NCBI RefSeq assembly: GCF_006345805.1
Contig: NC_042997.1
Span: 164,920,001-164,984,000, forward strand
Source: Octopus sinensis
Lineage: Eukaryota
Direction: 5' to 3'
DNA: 64,000 bases
This document shows, piece by piece, positions 13,791 to 27,559 of this stretch. The notes beneath the pieces are model-generated. The model searched no databases, was not told the DNA's origin, and saw only the letters and a list, made by a program, of their open reading frames with translations. The translations under genes were made by a program, and so were the position numbers. Positions within the stretch are counted from its first letter, which is position 1; each line of letters starts with the position of its first letter.

Positions 13791-14317
13791 TAAAAAATTA
13801 TAAATATAAACCAGCAACATAAGCAGTAGTGTGTCTGATGTATATCCCAGATCAAAAGAAATAATACTTAATCACGCTGCATGTTACTACAACGGTGCCT
13901 TAAAAGGCGAGTTTAAAGAAAAATCGCAATATATACAAAAAATTAACTACAGATCAACAAATCGTCTGGTTCAATTCACTTTTTAGTATGAACGAGGTTT
14001 CCAACAAAACTAGAAAGTTCTTGACATTAATTGAAGAATATTTCTATCAACCACAAATACCACAACCAAACGAGGTAGATAGCATTTTATCACTTGACTT
14101 ACAAGAAATAGCAACTAAATTCCCATCAAATTACATCCAACTTTCTTATAGAAGGATTAACATGATGTAGTCCTAGACATACTATGTCTGAAAAGAGATG
14201 GCATGGTCATGTCTGGAATGCCTTTTTATAATAATTTGCCCTTGGTGAAACAACGAGAACAATAGCAAGCTGTTTAACGGCAAGGGAATAAATGTTAATT
14301 ATAATTGTCGGTTATGA

Positions 14318-14540
14318 CGACGAGTGTTCCAATTGATCCGATCAACGGAACAGTCTGCTCGTGAAATTAACGAGATCCAGTGTGACGCACCGAATGTGGC
14401 CCACTGAAGTACATGTGCAACTCATTTTTGCCTGCTGGGTGGACTAGAGCAACGTGAAATAAAGAGTCTTGCTCTAGGATACAACGCGCTATCGGAAATC
14501 AAGTTCATGGCCTTATGATCATAAGCCGAGCACCATAGCC
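14318..14540 (-). mobile_element. Internally deleted SINE family B variant
   Basis: Carries the family B 3' end (gatccgatcaacggaacag..tgctcgtgaaattaacg) and a degenerate tRNA head. Confidence 0.7.
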
Positions 14541-15189
14541 ATTAAGCCACGCGCCGTCACAGCTGTAATTGTACCGATAACATCACTATCATAGTTGGAG
14601 GTAAAAGGAACAACCAAACACGTAATTATGAGCTAAACCATCCACCTGAATGCAAGTGAAATCATGCCATATTCCGTCCACTTAATAGCAAGTGTATAGC
14701 ACAATACCATGACTAGGTGATACTGAGAAACTTATTTTATCAGGTTCACGTAGAGCGCATCTAAGAGGGGATACACTTATCACGTATATTCCTTCAGATT
14801 CAGAAACAAAAAAAATTCCTCCTTACTATCGTAATATCTCTCGAACTACTAGGATAAAGTAATAAAGTATACCGAAATATTCAAGTCTGCAATAGAAGCC
14901 GATTGCTAAACACTGTCTATAAAAATGAAAAACTTGTGCAGTTTTTGGCGAATGATCAACAAAAGAGATAGTGTCGAAATGCAAGCACGAAAATACGCAC
15001 GTTTTAAAGAACTTTTTAACTACAAGCAGAACTTTTAACTAGATGTCTAGTCTTGGGTCATTGATATTTAGCAGTTTCAAAAGAACCCTAGCATCAAGTT
15101 ACTATCGACCCAAATATCAATGTGACAAAATCCATTTAGTCGTCGGCAGCAGCAGAAGGTTAGAATAGCAATTTATACTAGAATTAACA

Positions 15190-15405
15190 CGGGCATATGG
15201 CGTAGTGGTTAAGAGCGCTGGCTACTAACCCCAAGATTCCGAGTTCGATTCCAGGCAGTAACCTGAATAATAACAACAACAACAACATCGAAAAATACCT
15301 TAGGAATGAGAACCCAAGTTCGAAATTTCTCCAAGACACCTGATGAAGGCTGGAGGGTATATCAGCCGAAATAATGTACTAATTCCTCATCTCTTAAATA
15401 CAGAA
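15190..15405 (+). mobile_element. tRNA-headed SINE-like element containing the 5' half of a hammerhead motif
   Basis: A box TGGCGTAGTGG and B box GAGTTCGATTCC, followed by CTGATGA-A-GGCTG..CAGCC-GAAA at 15340-15371. Confidence 0.65.
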
Positions 15406-15410
15406 CAGCA

Positions 15411-15778
15411 GGAGGCGCAGTGGTTAGGGCAGCGGACTCGCGGTCGTAGGATCGCGGTTTCGATTCCCAGACCGAGCGTTGTGAGTGTTTATTGAGCGAA
15501 AACACCTAAAGCTCCACGAGGCTCCGGCAGGGATGGTGGGGATCCCCGCTGTACTCTTTCACCACAACTTTCTCTCACTCTTACTTCCTGTTTCTGTTGT
15601 ACCTGTATTTCAAAGGGCCGGCCTTGTCACTCTCTGTGTCACGCTGAATATCCCCGAGAACTACGTTAAGGGTACATGTGTCTGTGGAGTGTTCAGCCAC
15701 TTACACGTTAATTTCACGAGCAGGCTGTTCCGTTGATCGGATCAACCGGAACCCTCGACGTCGTAACCGACGGAGTGC
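15411..15778 (+). mobile_element. Full-length tRNA-derived SINE family B
   Basis: tRNA-like head ggcgcagtggttagggcagcggactcgcggtcgtaggatcgcggtttcgattccc; inverted homolog at 49441-49801 and another head at 63941. Confidence 0.9.
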
Positions 15779-15999
15779 TTCCAAACAGAACAGCAATTTA
15801 ATAGCAATTCATTAGGCTAAATGATTGGAATACAGAGAACATTAGAGGGAATATTATTATTTGTCACCTTGAAGCATGAATATTAATAAGAAAGTTGGAC
15901 TAGCAACAGCATGAAGACATCTTCAAATACTACACCTTAGTGTAACATGTATCTCTATAAGGCTATTATCTAATCATGCATTGAATAATGCTGTCGTCT

Positions 16000-16390
16000 T
16001 CGCGCTGGTACCTCTTCTGAGTATTTTAACGTGCTTGATCGAATACGGAAGCAAGTTGTTAACATGATGAGTCCCCTTCTTTCTACAAGGTTGGAGTCTT
16101 TAGTTTATCGTTGAAATGTATCTTCGTTGTGTCTTTTCTGTTTTTCTATAGTCATGGCTCTGATGGATTTCTAGTCAAGTATCCACTGTTAAAGACTTTG
16201 AATGTGTCAACCGCTTCTTTTTCCGGGCGCATTATTTTTCTTTTATTCTAATAGCGTCTTTCCTCGGACTACTGCCCTTTGGAACGCATTAACGTTGTCT
16301 TGTTATTTTCTGGACTATGATGGCCAGTCCTTCAAAATTTCTGTTGTTTGTTATCTTTAGAATTTGCAGGGCCCCTTCTTTTATGCTACT
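16000..16390 (+). mobile_element. Decayed LINE 3' fragment (CR1/Jockey group)
   Basis: Reads YSNSVFPRTTALWNAL...DYDGQSFKISV, a common post-RT terminal motif. Confidence 0.55.
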
Positions 16391-16927
16391 GTAGCATCAA
16401 GTTTTGTTTGGGACATAACGTATGAAAACAAAATATATACATGTATAAATACATGAATAACTGCACACGTACATACACAATGCGAGCAAATATGTTTATT
16501 GTCTGTTAAACTCGAAACAGCATCTGACGTGCAGCGATGTTATCCTACGGTAAAAGGAGTTTTATGTGCACTATGCAAATTGACAACATTTAAACGGTGA
16601 AAAACATCTCATGTTAACTTCCAAAGATTCTGATGTATAATTTATTTCCTATAATCTGAAGAATCCTTTTTCACTTCTCCCATACCTCCTTCAGGCAGCA
16701 ATGTATATACACACATGCATGTACACATACATGTATGCATTCATGCATACATATATATATATACGTGTGTGTGTGCATACATACATATATACATGACTAC
16801 ATGCATATACATACATATACGTACACATATACACATACATATATACATATACACATACATGTATACATACATATACATTCATGCATAAATACATATATAC
16901 ATATATGTATACATACATATTTTTTTA

Positions 16928-18162
16928 AATTTAGTTTTAGCTCACGAGCTGTGGCCATGCTGGGGCACCGCCATTCGGTGTTGCTACATGATTTTACTTC
17001 ACGAATACTTTTTAGCAATTGCCATTTGGTGCATGAGAGAGTTCGATGCAGCTGCCCTCATCTGCACCTCCTGCCGTGAAGTTGGTTCATCTGGGACACC
17101 TGACAGGAAGAGATCCAGTTTTATTTTAAAGACATCTGCATCCACCCCATGCAGGTCTCTCAGGTCCTTCGGGAGGATATTGAAGAGCTGTGGACCTCTG
17201 AAGCCCAGGCTATCACAGTATCTTGTCCTACAACTTGATGGCAAATTTGGAGTCCTTGGCACTATGCGCCCAATTCTAGTATTTGTGTAACTCTCAATGC
17301 CAAAGTTTGAGACAACTCCTTCCAGGATCTTCTAGATGTATATTATGGCATATCTTTCTCGCCTACGCTCCAAGGAATAGAGTTTTAATCTCTTGAGTTT
17401 TTCCCAGTAGCTTATATTCTGCACAGAGGCTATCTTCTTCGTGTAGCTACGTTGGATCGCCTCAAGTTCTGTGATCAACTTGACACTGGATGGTGACCAT
17501 AGCTGAGAGCAATAGTCAAAGTGGCTTAGGACAAGTATCCTCCAGAGGACCATCATGGTTTCCTGGTCTCTTGTTCTAAAGGCTCTAAGAATCTATCCGG
17601 TCAGCCGCCTACATTTCATTGCCAATTTAGCAACATGCACATGAAAGGTTGCATCGTTACTCATGTAGATACCCAGATCTCGCACTGATTGTGCCTCTGG
17701 GATTGCAATCCCTCCAAGTCCAGTGTATTTATTGGGTATTGCATTTAGTTTTGCATGCTGATAGCATAAAGCTTGACACTTTTCAGCATTGAACTGCATG
17801 CTATGCTTTTCAGCCCACTTCTATATTTTGTCCAGCTCACATTGCAGGTGCACAGCGTCTTCAGGGTTCTGTATTACCTGTGAAACTTTTGTATCATCTG
17901 CATAACTTGTGATCGTAGCTCTCTACGTGGCTGAGGGCATGTCTGAGAGGGCTATTATGAACAGTAGTGGTCCCAAAACAGTGCCCTGCGGAACACCGCT
18001 CACTATTTGCGTGTTAATAGAGGTGGCCCATTGGCTACTACCACGTGATTTCTATCCTTCAGATGGTCATGAAGCCATTCTCCCAATTTTCCAACTATGC
18101 CAAGATCACGCAGTTTGTGACATATCATTCCATGATCGACATTATCAAAGGCTTTTGCAAAG

Positions 18163-18166
<4 letters not shown>
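16928..18166 (-). mobile_element. 5'-truncated CR1-like LINE, inverted relative of the copy at 19366-21990
   Basis: [31 protein letters not shown] and HFDYCSQLWSP motifs; highly similar to 20750-21970. Confidence 0.92.
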
Positions 18167-18231
<65 letters not shown>

Positions 18232-18468
18232 ATAAATATAAATACATATATATATACATGTATATAAATATAAATACATATATATATATATATAGATATA
18301 TATACATATATAAATACATATACATACACATATATATATATACACACACTCATATATATATATTATATATATTATATATATACATACATACATATAATAT
18401 ATATATATATATATACATATATATACACATATATACATATATACACACACACACTGACACACACAGAC

Positions 18469-18509
<41 letters not shown>

Positions 18510-18513
18510 CACG

Positions 18514-18553
<40 letters not shown>

Positions 18554-19163
18554 CAGATATATACACACATATATACACATATATACATATATATATATAT
18601 ACATATATATACATACATATATTATATATATATATATATATACATACATACATATACATACATATACATACATACATATACATACATATACATACATACA
18701 TACATATATATAATATATACATACATGCATACATATATATATATATATACATACATAACATATATATATATACATACATATATAATATATACATACATAT
18801 ATTATATATACATACATACATATATATATATATACATACATACATATATATATATACATACATACATATATATATACATACATACATATATATATATATA
18901 CATACATATATATATAATATACATACATACATATAATATATATATATATAATATATACATACATACATATATATATATATATATTATACATACATACATA
19001 TATATATACATACATACATATATAATATATACATACATATATATATATATACATACATATATATATATATACATACATACATATATATATTATATACATA
19101 CATATATATATATATATATACATACTATATATATATATATCATACATATATATATATATATAT

Positions 19164-19205
<42 letters not shown>

Positions 19206-19206
19206 C

Positions 19207-19238
<32 letters not shown>

Positions 19239-19256
19239 ATACATATATATATATAT

Positions 19257-19315
<59 letters not shown>

Positions 19316-19365
19316 CATTACATGCATACATATACATACATACATACGTACATACATATATATGT
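18166..19365. repeat. About 1.2 kb compound (TA)n/(TACA)n microsatellite
   Basis: Seen directly; it separates the two CR1-like copies. Confidence 0.97.
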
Positions 19366-21990
19366 TTGAAGTTTGAAGACTGCCTTATAAAAATAGAAGA
19401 AGTTCTAATCCATTAGAACAACACATAAGTGTACTTCTTATGGGAGACTTCAATCTACCCAATGTCAGATGGCCCGAGGGCCTTTCTCTCCCAGGAATGA
19501 CAAGATGTGAACGAGGACAGGCGAGGTCCCCCCTGAACCTCATCAACAACCTGTACATAGAACAAGTAATATTCCAACCAACCAGGGCAGGTAACACACT
19601 GGATCTCTGCTTCACAAATAATATGGATCTCATCCATAATGTGAAAGTGACACCGACACTACTCTCGGATCACAACATGGTAGAGCTGACCATGTACTGG
19701 CCAAAGGAAAGCATGGACATGCAGCCTACAAGAAACCCTCAGAATCTTTCCAGCTTGAACTTCCATAAGGCAAACTGGAAACAAATTGAGAAAGAGATAC
19801 TCAAACAAAACTGGCCTGAATGTCTCTCCTCGCCAGACATCGACGTGAAACTTCAACAATTCATGTCTGTAATGCAAGCCATATGCTACAAATGTGTCCC
19901 AGAGAGAAAGGCCACTGTACACAAGAACAAAATCCCCAGAGAGAGGAAAATTTTAATTAGACGGCGTACAAAAATTTCAAATCGCCTAAACAAACAAATT
20001 GAAAGCAGTGAAAAGTCCCGCCTGAAAATAAAACTGTTGGAAATTGAAAAATGTCTGCAACTCTCCCATGAAAAGGAAAGAGCAGACAAAGAAGCCTGGG
20101 CTATAGACAACATAAAATCTAACCCCAGAGCTTTCTACAGGTATGCCAAAGAAACAGCTACGGTGCACTGTAGGATAGGGCCACTCCTTGAAAAGGATGG
20201 CACACTCACAGGAAAACCAATGAGGGTAAGTAAAATACTGAATGAGCAATTCAAGAGTGTTTTCACTCCACCCCTTGGGCATTTCCAAATCACCAATCCA
20301 ACTGACTTCTTTACCACTGCAGATATAAAATCAGAGGCGGCGACGATAGATTACATCGATATAGAGGAAGACGATGTAATAAAGGCTATAGATCAAATGA
20401 AAACAGACTCAGCTACTGGCCCCGATGGATTCCCGGCAATCCTCCTAAAAGTATGTAAGAGAGTCCTAGCAAGACCACTGCAGTTCCTCTTTCAGAGCTT
20501 CCTTGCAGCTGGCAAACTTCCAAGAAAACTGAAGGAAGGTAAAATATGCCTTATTCATAAAGGAGGTAGCAGAGCGGAGGCCAAGAACTACAGACCTATC
20601 TCTCTGACCTCACACATCAGCAAGGTCATGGAACGAATAGTCAGAAGGAAACTGATCACCTTCCTTGAAGAAAAGGACTTAACTCAGCTCCTACAGCACT
20701 ATGACTGGGTGCTGAAACGACTGCTCAACCACTCAAATGTGGAAGTGATATATCTCGACTTTGCAAAGACCTTTGATAAAGTCGATCATGGAATGATATG
20801 TCACAAACTGCGTGATCTTAGCATTATTGGAAAACTGGGAGAATGGCTTCATGACTTTCTGAAAGATAGAAGTCAGGTAGTAGGGGCCACTTCCATTAAC
20901 ACGCAAATAGTGAGCGGTGTTCCGCAGGGCATTGTTTTGGGATCACTACTGTTCATAATAGCCCTCTCAGACATGCCCTCAGCCACGCAGAGAGCCACGA
21001 TCACAAGTTATGCAGATGATACAAAAGTTTCACAAGCAATACAGAACCTGAGGACACTAAACGCCTGCAATGTGAGCTGGGCTGAAAAGAATAGCATGCA
21101 GTTCAATGGTGAAAAGTTTCAAGCTTTATGCTATCAGCATGCAAAACTAAATGCAATACCCAATGAATACACTGGACCCGGAGGAATTGCAATCCCAGAG
21201 GCACAATCAGTGCGAGACCTGGGAATTTACATGAGTGATGACGCAACCTTTCGTGTACATGTTGCTAAATTGGCAATGAAATGTAGACGACTGGCCGGAT
21301 GGATTCTGAGAACCTTTAGAACAAGAGAACAAGAAACCATGATGGTCTTCTGGAGGACACTTGTCCTAAGCCACTTTGACTATTGCTCTCAGCTATGGTC
21401 ACCATCCAGTGTCAAGTTGATCACAGAACTTGAGGCGATCCAACGTAGCTACACGAAGAAGATAGCCTCTGTGCAGAATATAAGCTACTGGGAAAAACTC
21501 AAGAGATTAAAACTCTATTCCTTGGAGCGTAGGCGAGAAAGATATGCCATAATATACATCTAGAAGATCCTGGAAGGACTTGTCTCAAACTTTGGCATCG
21601 AGAGTTACACAAATGCCAGAATTGGGCGCCACTGCGTGGTGCCAAGAACTCCAAATTTGCCATCAAGATGTAGGACAAGATACTGTGATAGCCTGGGCTT
21701 CCGAGGCCCACAGCTCTTCAATATCCTCCCGAAGGACCTAAGAGACCTGCATTGGTTGGATGCAGATGTCTTTAAAATGAAACTGGATCTCTTCTTGTCA
21801 GGTATCCCAGATGAACCAACTTCACGGCAGGAAGTGCAGATGAGGGCAGCTGCATCGAACTCTCTCATGCACCAAATGGCAGTTGCTAAAAAGCATTCGT
21901 GAAGTAAAACCATGTAGCAACACCAAATGGCGGTGCCCCAGCATGGCCACAGCTCGTGAGCTGAAACTATAATGAATGAATGAATCAATC
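19366..21990 (+). mobile_element. CR1-like LINE, 5'-truncated, with (ATGA)n/(ATCA)n tail
   Basis: End of the APE endonuclease (GDFNLP, PTRAGNTLDLCFTN), RT domain and 3' UTR ending in short tetranucleotide repeats. Confidence 0.95.
19440..21902 (+). pseudogene. LINE ORF2 (APE plus reverse transcriptase), defective
   Basis: 707-aa ORF with KNYRPISLTS, YLDFAKTFDKVDH, SGVPQG and YADD (21009-21020). It lacks the QHGF..RSC segment near 20680 and has an in-frame TAG at 21561, after which the same frame continues to 21902. Confidence 0.9.
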
Positions 21991-22006
21991 AATCAATCAA
22001 TATATA

Positions 22007-22078
<72 letters not shown>

Positions 22079-22114
22079 TATATATTATATATATATGCTC
22101 ATATATATACACAT

Positions 22115-22410
22115 GTGGAGTCGCAATGGCCCAGTTGTTAGGACAGTAGACTCGCGTGTGTAGGATAGCGGTTTCCATTCCTAGACGGGACGCTGTGAGT
22201 ACTTATTGTGTGAAAACATCTAAAAGATCCACGAGCTTCCGACAGGGGTGGTAGCGACCCCTACTGTACTGTTTCGCCACAACTTTCTCTCCCCCTTCCT
22301 TCTGCTGGCTTGCTCGCTTAGCAAGCAGGGTGGAGTCATTTGAAGGCTAAATCAATGCGAAGCGTATTGTGAGCAGCGATGTGTAGCAACAACTGATAGC
22401 CTGGTAGCCC
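22115..22410 (+). mobile_element. Diverged SINE family B variant
   Basis: tRNA-like head and first half align with 15411-15570. Confidence 0.7.
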
Positions 22411-22429
22411 CGGTGATTACAGTGATATA

Positions 22430-22448
22430 TACACATATTCATATTCAT

Positions 22449-22482
<34 letters not shown>

Positions 22483-23562
22483 CACACAGATATACATATA
22501 TATAAACATACATATATACATATATATACACACACATATACATATATATAAACATACATATATACATATATATACACACACATATACATATATATACACA
22601 CACATATACATATATATACACATATATATACATATGTATATGCACACACACATATATATATACATATATATATGCACACACACACATATATATATACATA
22701 TATATATGCACACACACATATATACATATATATATGCACACACACATATATACATATATATATGCACACACACATATATACATATATATATGCACACACA
22801 CATATATACATATATATATGCACACACACATATATACATATATATATGCACACACACATATATATATACATATATATATGCACACACACATATATATATA
22901 CATATATATATGCACACACACATAGATACATATATATATGCACACACACATAGATACACATATATATGCACACACACATAGATACACATATATATGCACA
23001 CACACATAGATACATATATATATGCACACACACATAGATACATATATATATATGCACACACACATATATACATGTACATACACACATATATATACATATA
23101 TATTCGTATATATATATATATATATATATGTAGTCATATATATATATATGCACATATATACACACACATATATATACATATATATATGTACTCATATACA
23201 CACACATATATATACATTCATATATACATGTACACACATACACATGTATATATACATATATATATACACATACATACATATATACACACACACACATGAA
23301 TACCTATACACATGTAGTTATACACATATATATATATATATACATATAGTCACACACATATATTTTCACATATATATATGTATATACACACCTATATACA
23401 TATACTTATACATATATACATATATACATACAAACACATACATAGACTCACATATGCACACACATACACACTCACATGTGCATACACATACGCACACATA
23501 CACATATACGTGTACATATATACATGTGTCCATATAGATATGTATTTTAATACATGTGAGTG

Positions 23563-23618
<56 letters not shown>

Positions 23619-23620
23619 AC
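22430..23620. repeat. Compound microsatellite with a higher-order unit of about 26-30 bp
   Basis: (ATATATATGCACACACACATA..TAC) is iterated through about 22630-23070. Confidence 0.93.
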
Positions 23621-24737
23621 GACAGACAGACTATTAGAAAGACAGTCAGAATCAGGCAGACTGATAGAGAGAGATATAGGTAGAGAGATAGACAGGTAGG
23701 GAGATAGACAGGTAGAGAGATAGACAGGTAGAGAGATAGATAAATAGAGTAAAAAATATATCTCGGTAGATTATCAAAAGACTCAAATAATATAAATGTA
23801 AGCTTGGCCTTTTGAATTGTATGACCATCAAAATGTAGGAGTTTGAAAATATATTTTTCATTTCTATTGAAAACAGCTTTGATTCGAAATTTAACTGCAA
23901 CAAAATGCCAATTATTTCTGGTTTTATTTTTTCGATCTTAGTTTCTGACTTTTGATAGCTCAACATTTTATCAAACCTTTTTCTGTGAAACGACAGGTTT
24001 TTTAAATAAAAATTTGATGTTTGAACATTTTGTTGAACATTTTTTCTGTAAAACTGGAAATGTTTTCCATTTAAGTTTCTTGCTTTTTAAGATTATCATA
24101 TATCATTTAGATTATCATTCACGTACCATTGCCATCGTTAGCCCAATTTCTGGTTTACCTCCATACCACGTTGAGGTGATTGTTGGCTTGTATGGGAAAA
24201 ATCCACCAATGATTTTTAATTTTTATTTTTTAATTATCAATGAGGCCTGTTATTTCATTTCAATGTTTTTCAAACAACAAAGCAACAATGTACATCATTT
24301 GGAAGGAAAATTGGCATTATAAGAAGTGATTTTAGTATTACTAATAGTATTCCATTTGTCAGCATAATTTCTTACAATGCAAGTGTAATGCCCAAAACGG
24401 ACTGTTTATAATGTATGCATAATAAAAGCTCTTAATTTGAAATTTGTACCAAAAATATTTTGTTTTCTTTTGGTATTTAAAATTCATAATTTTAACATTA
24501 ATTCCCCTGGCATTATTACTAAAAACAATATTTCTAATGCGTGGCGAAGTTTGAGCTGGACCCAACATTTTGTTGGGTCAAGCACGTTTAGTACTTGACC
24601 AATTTCTAATCAGGGTGAAATCAATTTATGTAAGGCTTTTCAGCAAGGCTTTTCATAAGAGGAAGCCATCTTGTTCTGAGCTGATGAAGATGTTGATCAC
24701 GGTGTCATTTAAGAACAGTTTCAAGATTTATACTCAC

Positions 24738-24866
24738 CTTTCTAGAAGCAGTTGCTGTTGTCATTGTTTAGCTAGATCAACTCTGACCGAGTGTTTCCAT
24801 AGTAGGAGATATCCCATTTGTGGTTGTCCGTTTTCTAGAGATGTGTTTAAGGCTGTCATTTCCTCA
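24738..24866 (-). other. Candidate spliced exon (129 nt), possibly 5' UTR plus start codon
   Basis: Minus-strand acceptor CCCTTACTTTTCAG and donor AAG|GTGAGT in unique sequence. The final codons read AAACA-ATG-T-T-A-T-A-S-R-K. No homology recognised. Confidence 0.35.
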
Positions 24867-27559
24867 CTGAAAAGTAAGGGTGGATTTGGAGAAAGTTCAC
24901 TTGTTACGACATTTAAATACTTTTTACAATTACTCCGAAGCTCTATTCTGTTTTTTTCCCCCCTAATTCCTCTTCTCATATAAAGGAGGTAAATTTGAAA
25001 TTAAAGTTATTAAAAATTCATGAAAGGAAATTTATTTTCCCGTATTTTTAGCAAATAAATCTATCGATGGAGTAATCTATCAAGAAAAAAAAATATCAAT
25101 CTAATATAATATTCCATAATGTATTTTTAGAAATAGCAATGTTTAAAGTCAAATAGCAGAACGTTCTACTAGAAGAGTTTACTTCAGATTTGAAAATATT
25201 AATGCAGCTGGAAGAAATCTGAAGGATTGTCTAAATATAGACATTGATCTGTACGTTTAGGTGATTAAATGAAAGATGCTCTCCAGCAAGAGTATGCCCT
25301 AATATTTTGCTATTTGTCTTTAAACGTGCAACACATTATAATGTAGTATGATAATGCTTAGTTTAGACACAAAGCCAGGAAGAGAGAAGAATAACCACAA
25401 ATTTTATGACTTCGTGCAAGGCGTAAGAAACGGCTTTAATGAACTGATCCCAAAGTAATGAAATGAAATAAAGACAACAAAAAGATCAGCTGATAACACG
25501 AGCGTTCCAAGAAACAGTGGATTCATAGAATCGTTAGAACAACGTATAACATGCTTTGCAGCATTTAGGCCCCTTTAAGTCCTAAGCACTAGGATCAATT
25601 TTGCCTTACATCTTTCTGAGAGATGCAGTATTGCAATGTAGCAATGCTAGAAATCGATTGTAAGTGTGTTGGAGAGTAGACTGATGTACGCGGTTGTCGT
25701 GGTTAGATAACGATTAAATAAAGCAGGCGAGACGAGGATGGCATACGAGGAACAGTTGGTTTCAGATGGAAACCGGTAACGAATATATTTGAATGATCTA
25801 GCAGCTTCCCTTGAAAACAGAGTGAATACTTAAGATATTCTAATGTGATTATGCTCACTACTAAAGAGTAAATAATCTAGAATTAAAAGCTCAAATATTG
25901 GAAACTCAAGGCTGTAATTAAACTTTAGAATTGATAATCAAATTGGAAGAGAATGACTCTAGTAGAATGAACAAGGATTTCTTAGATCTTCGTTGCTTTG
26001 ATATATAAATGTTAATAATGAAGTTATTAGTGAATGACAGACAGGAAAGTATGCTTTGATGCTCTCTTAGAGCTGCAGAGTAATTAATGCCCTCTTTAAA
26101 GTGTAAGACAGCTTGTAGGTGTTAATAAGCTAGCAATCTGTTTAAAATAGCTGGATGGAACATAAAGGAATTTCTTAAAATTCGCTAATGTTCTAAAGGG
26201 GAGTTTGGTGGAGTTTGTTAAGGTATTTTAATAATGCTTTAAATATATATAACCAAATTGAAAGAAAAAAAATCGTCTTATCACAATAAACAATCATCAG
26301 AAATATCAGTCTGCAATAATGAAACAATATCCTTGTACATGAGAATATGATAATGCTTGAAGATAAGCTAAGGATTATTATAGATCAATATAAATTCAAA
26401 ACTGCAATCTATTATTGTTTTTGATCTTTGCGCTATCTGGTCATTTTCAGTCATCTATTAGATAATACTTTTGTTTAAAATATGAGATGATACCAGAGAT
26501 CAGAAAAAAAATTATTTATTGATCTTGTCTGATATTGATTAATATCGTGCTGCAACCGAAGCACTAAAGAAACATTATGTCGGGGTAGTTACTTGGACCT
26601 TTTGCGACTGGCGTAAGTGTGACACGGTGCATATTGCTAAGAGGTTTCTACATTCACCCGCTCTCATAGATACAGACATTGTGTAGCAAAGCGTGAGATG
26701 AAACATATGTGCTTAATTGGCTGGACTGATGTACTCAATCAGTACGAGGTGATCGATTTCACAGAGGTAGTCGGTGATGTTGTCTTTCTATCTGGGATCG
26801 GATAATCGATCAGATTAAATGGATTCTAGTTCAATGTGGCAAAGTTGACATATTCGATTAAAAACGGATAATCGAGCCAGTAGATGCATGCAGTGATAGA
26901 GTATTGTTGCTACTTTGTGAATACATTTGACCAGTTGTTGATCAGATTGATTGATTGATTTTATTAAAATCTCTCTCATTAAATTCTATGTGGGGAACGA
27001 TGAAGAATGAGTTCAAACCTCTTTTAGCCACCAGAATTCTCAAGATAATATTAAATCAAAAACTATTTGACATTTACCTGGAAGATTATATTAAATTAAA
27101 AAAGTTATAATTTGTGTGATTTCTAACAGAGGAAATAGCTGTCTTAGAAAATAATGAAAAGAAGAAAAAAAACCGTATGTTATACCAGAGGAACAGATAA
27201 TATAACTATTCATAACTGTCTTGAACGATGACTGATCTATTTGCAAAAGATATTAATTTCACAAGCACATTGTCACACATTTGTAGTGAAATGACACTAC
27301 GGTCTCTGTCACACAATCGTCTTGTATTAAATATTGATACAAGCCAATGAGAGTCACTCTATGTTGTCACTCGGTCCATTAGAAATAATAACCAAATCTC
27401 CCTCAAATTACATGTACCGTTTTAAACAAATATTAAAAAGCACATTGGTTAATGATATTCCAGATACATTGTTGACTTGTGAAGATTGTCGAACAGCTGT
27501 TGTTGCGTGTAGGATGAATCTTACTAATCCATTGTGAGGATCGCCTCACTTCCGCCTTT

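Noticed and set aside
15190-15265. tRNA gene-like sequence (also the heads at 15411, 41311 and 63941)
   Set aside because: A and B boxes are present, but there is no acceptor-stem closure and each continues into a dispersed repeat body. These are SINE heads, not tRNA genes.
18045-19369. Long ORFs (222-335 aa) rich in Y/I/C/V/H/T, and similar ones at 22347, 60036 and 51494
   Set aside because: Translations of (TA)n/(CA)n/(TACA)n repeats that lack stops by construction.
24559-24591. Hairpin GACCCAACA-TTT-TGTTGGGTC followed by TTAGT
   Set aside because: Resembles a Helitron 3' end, but the terminal motif is non-canonical and no matching 5' end or second copy was found.
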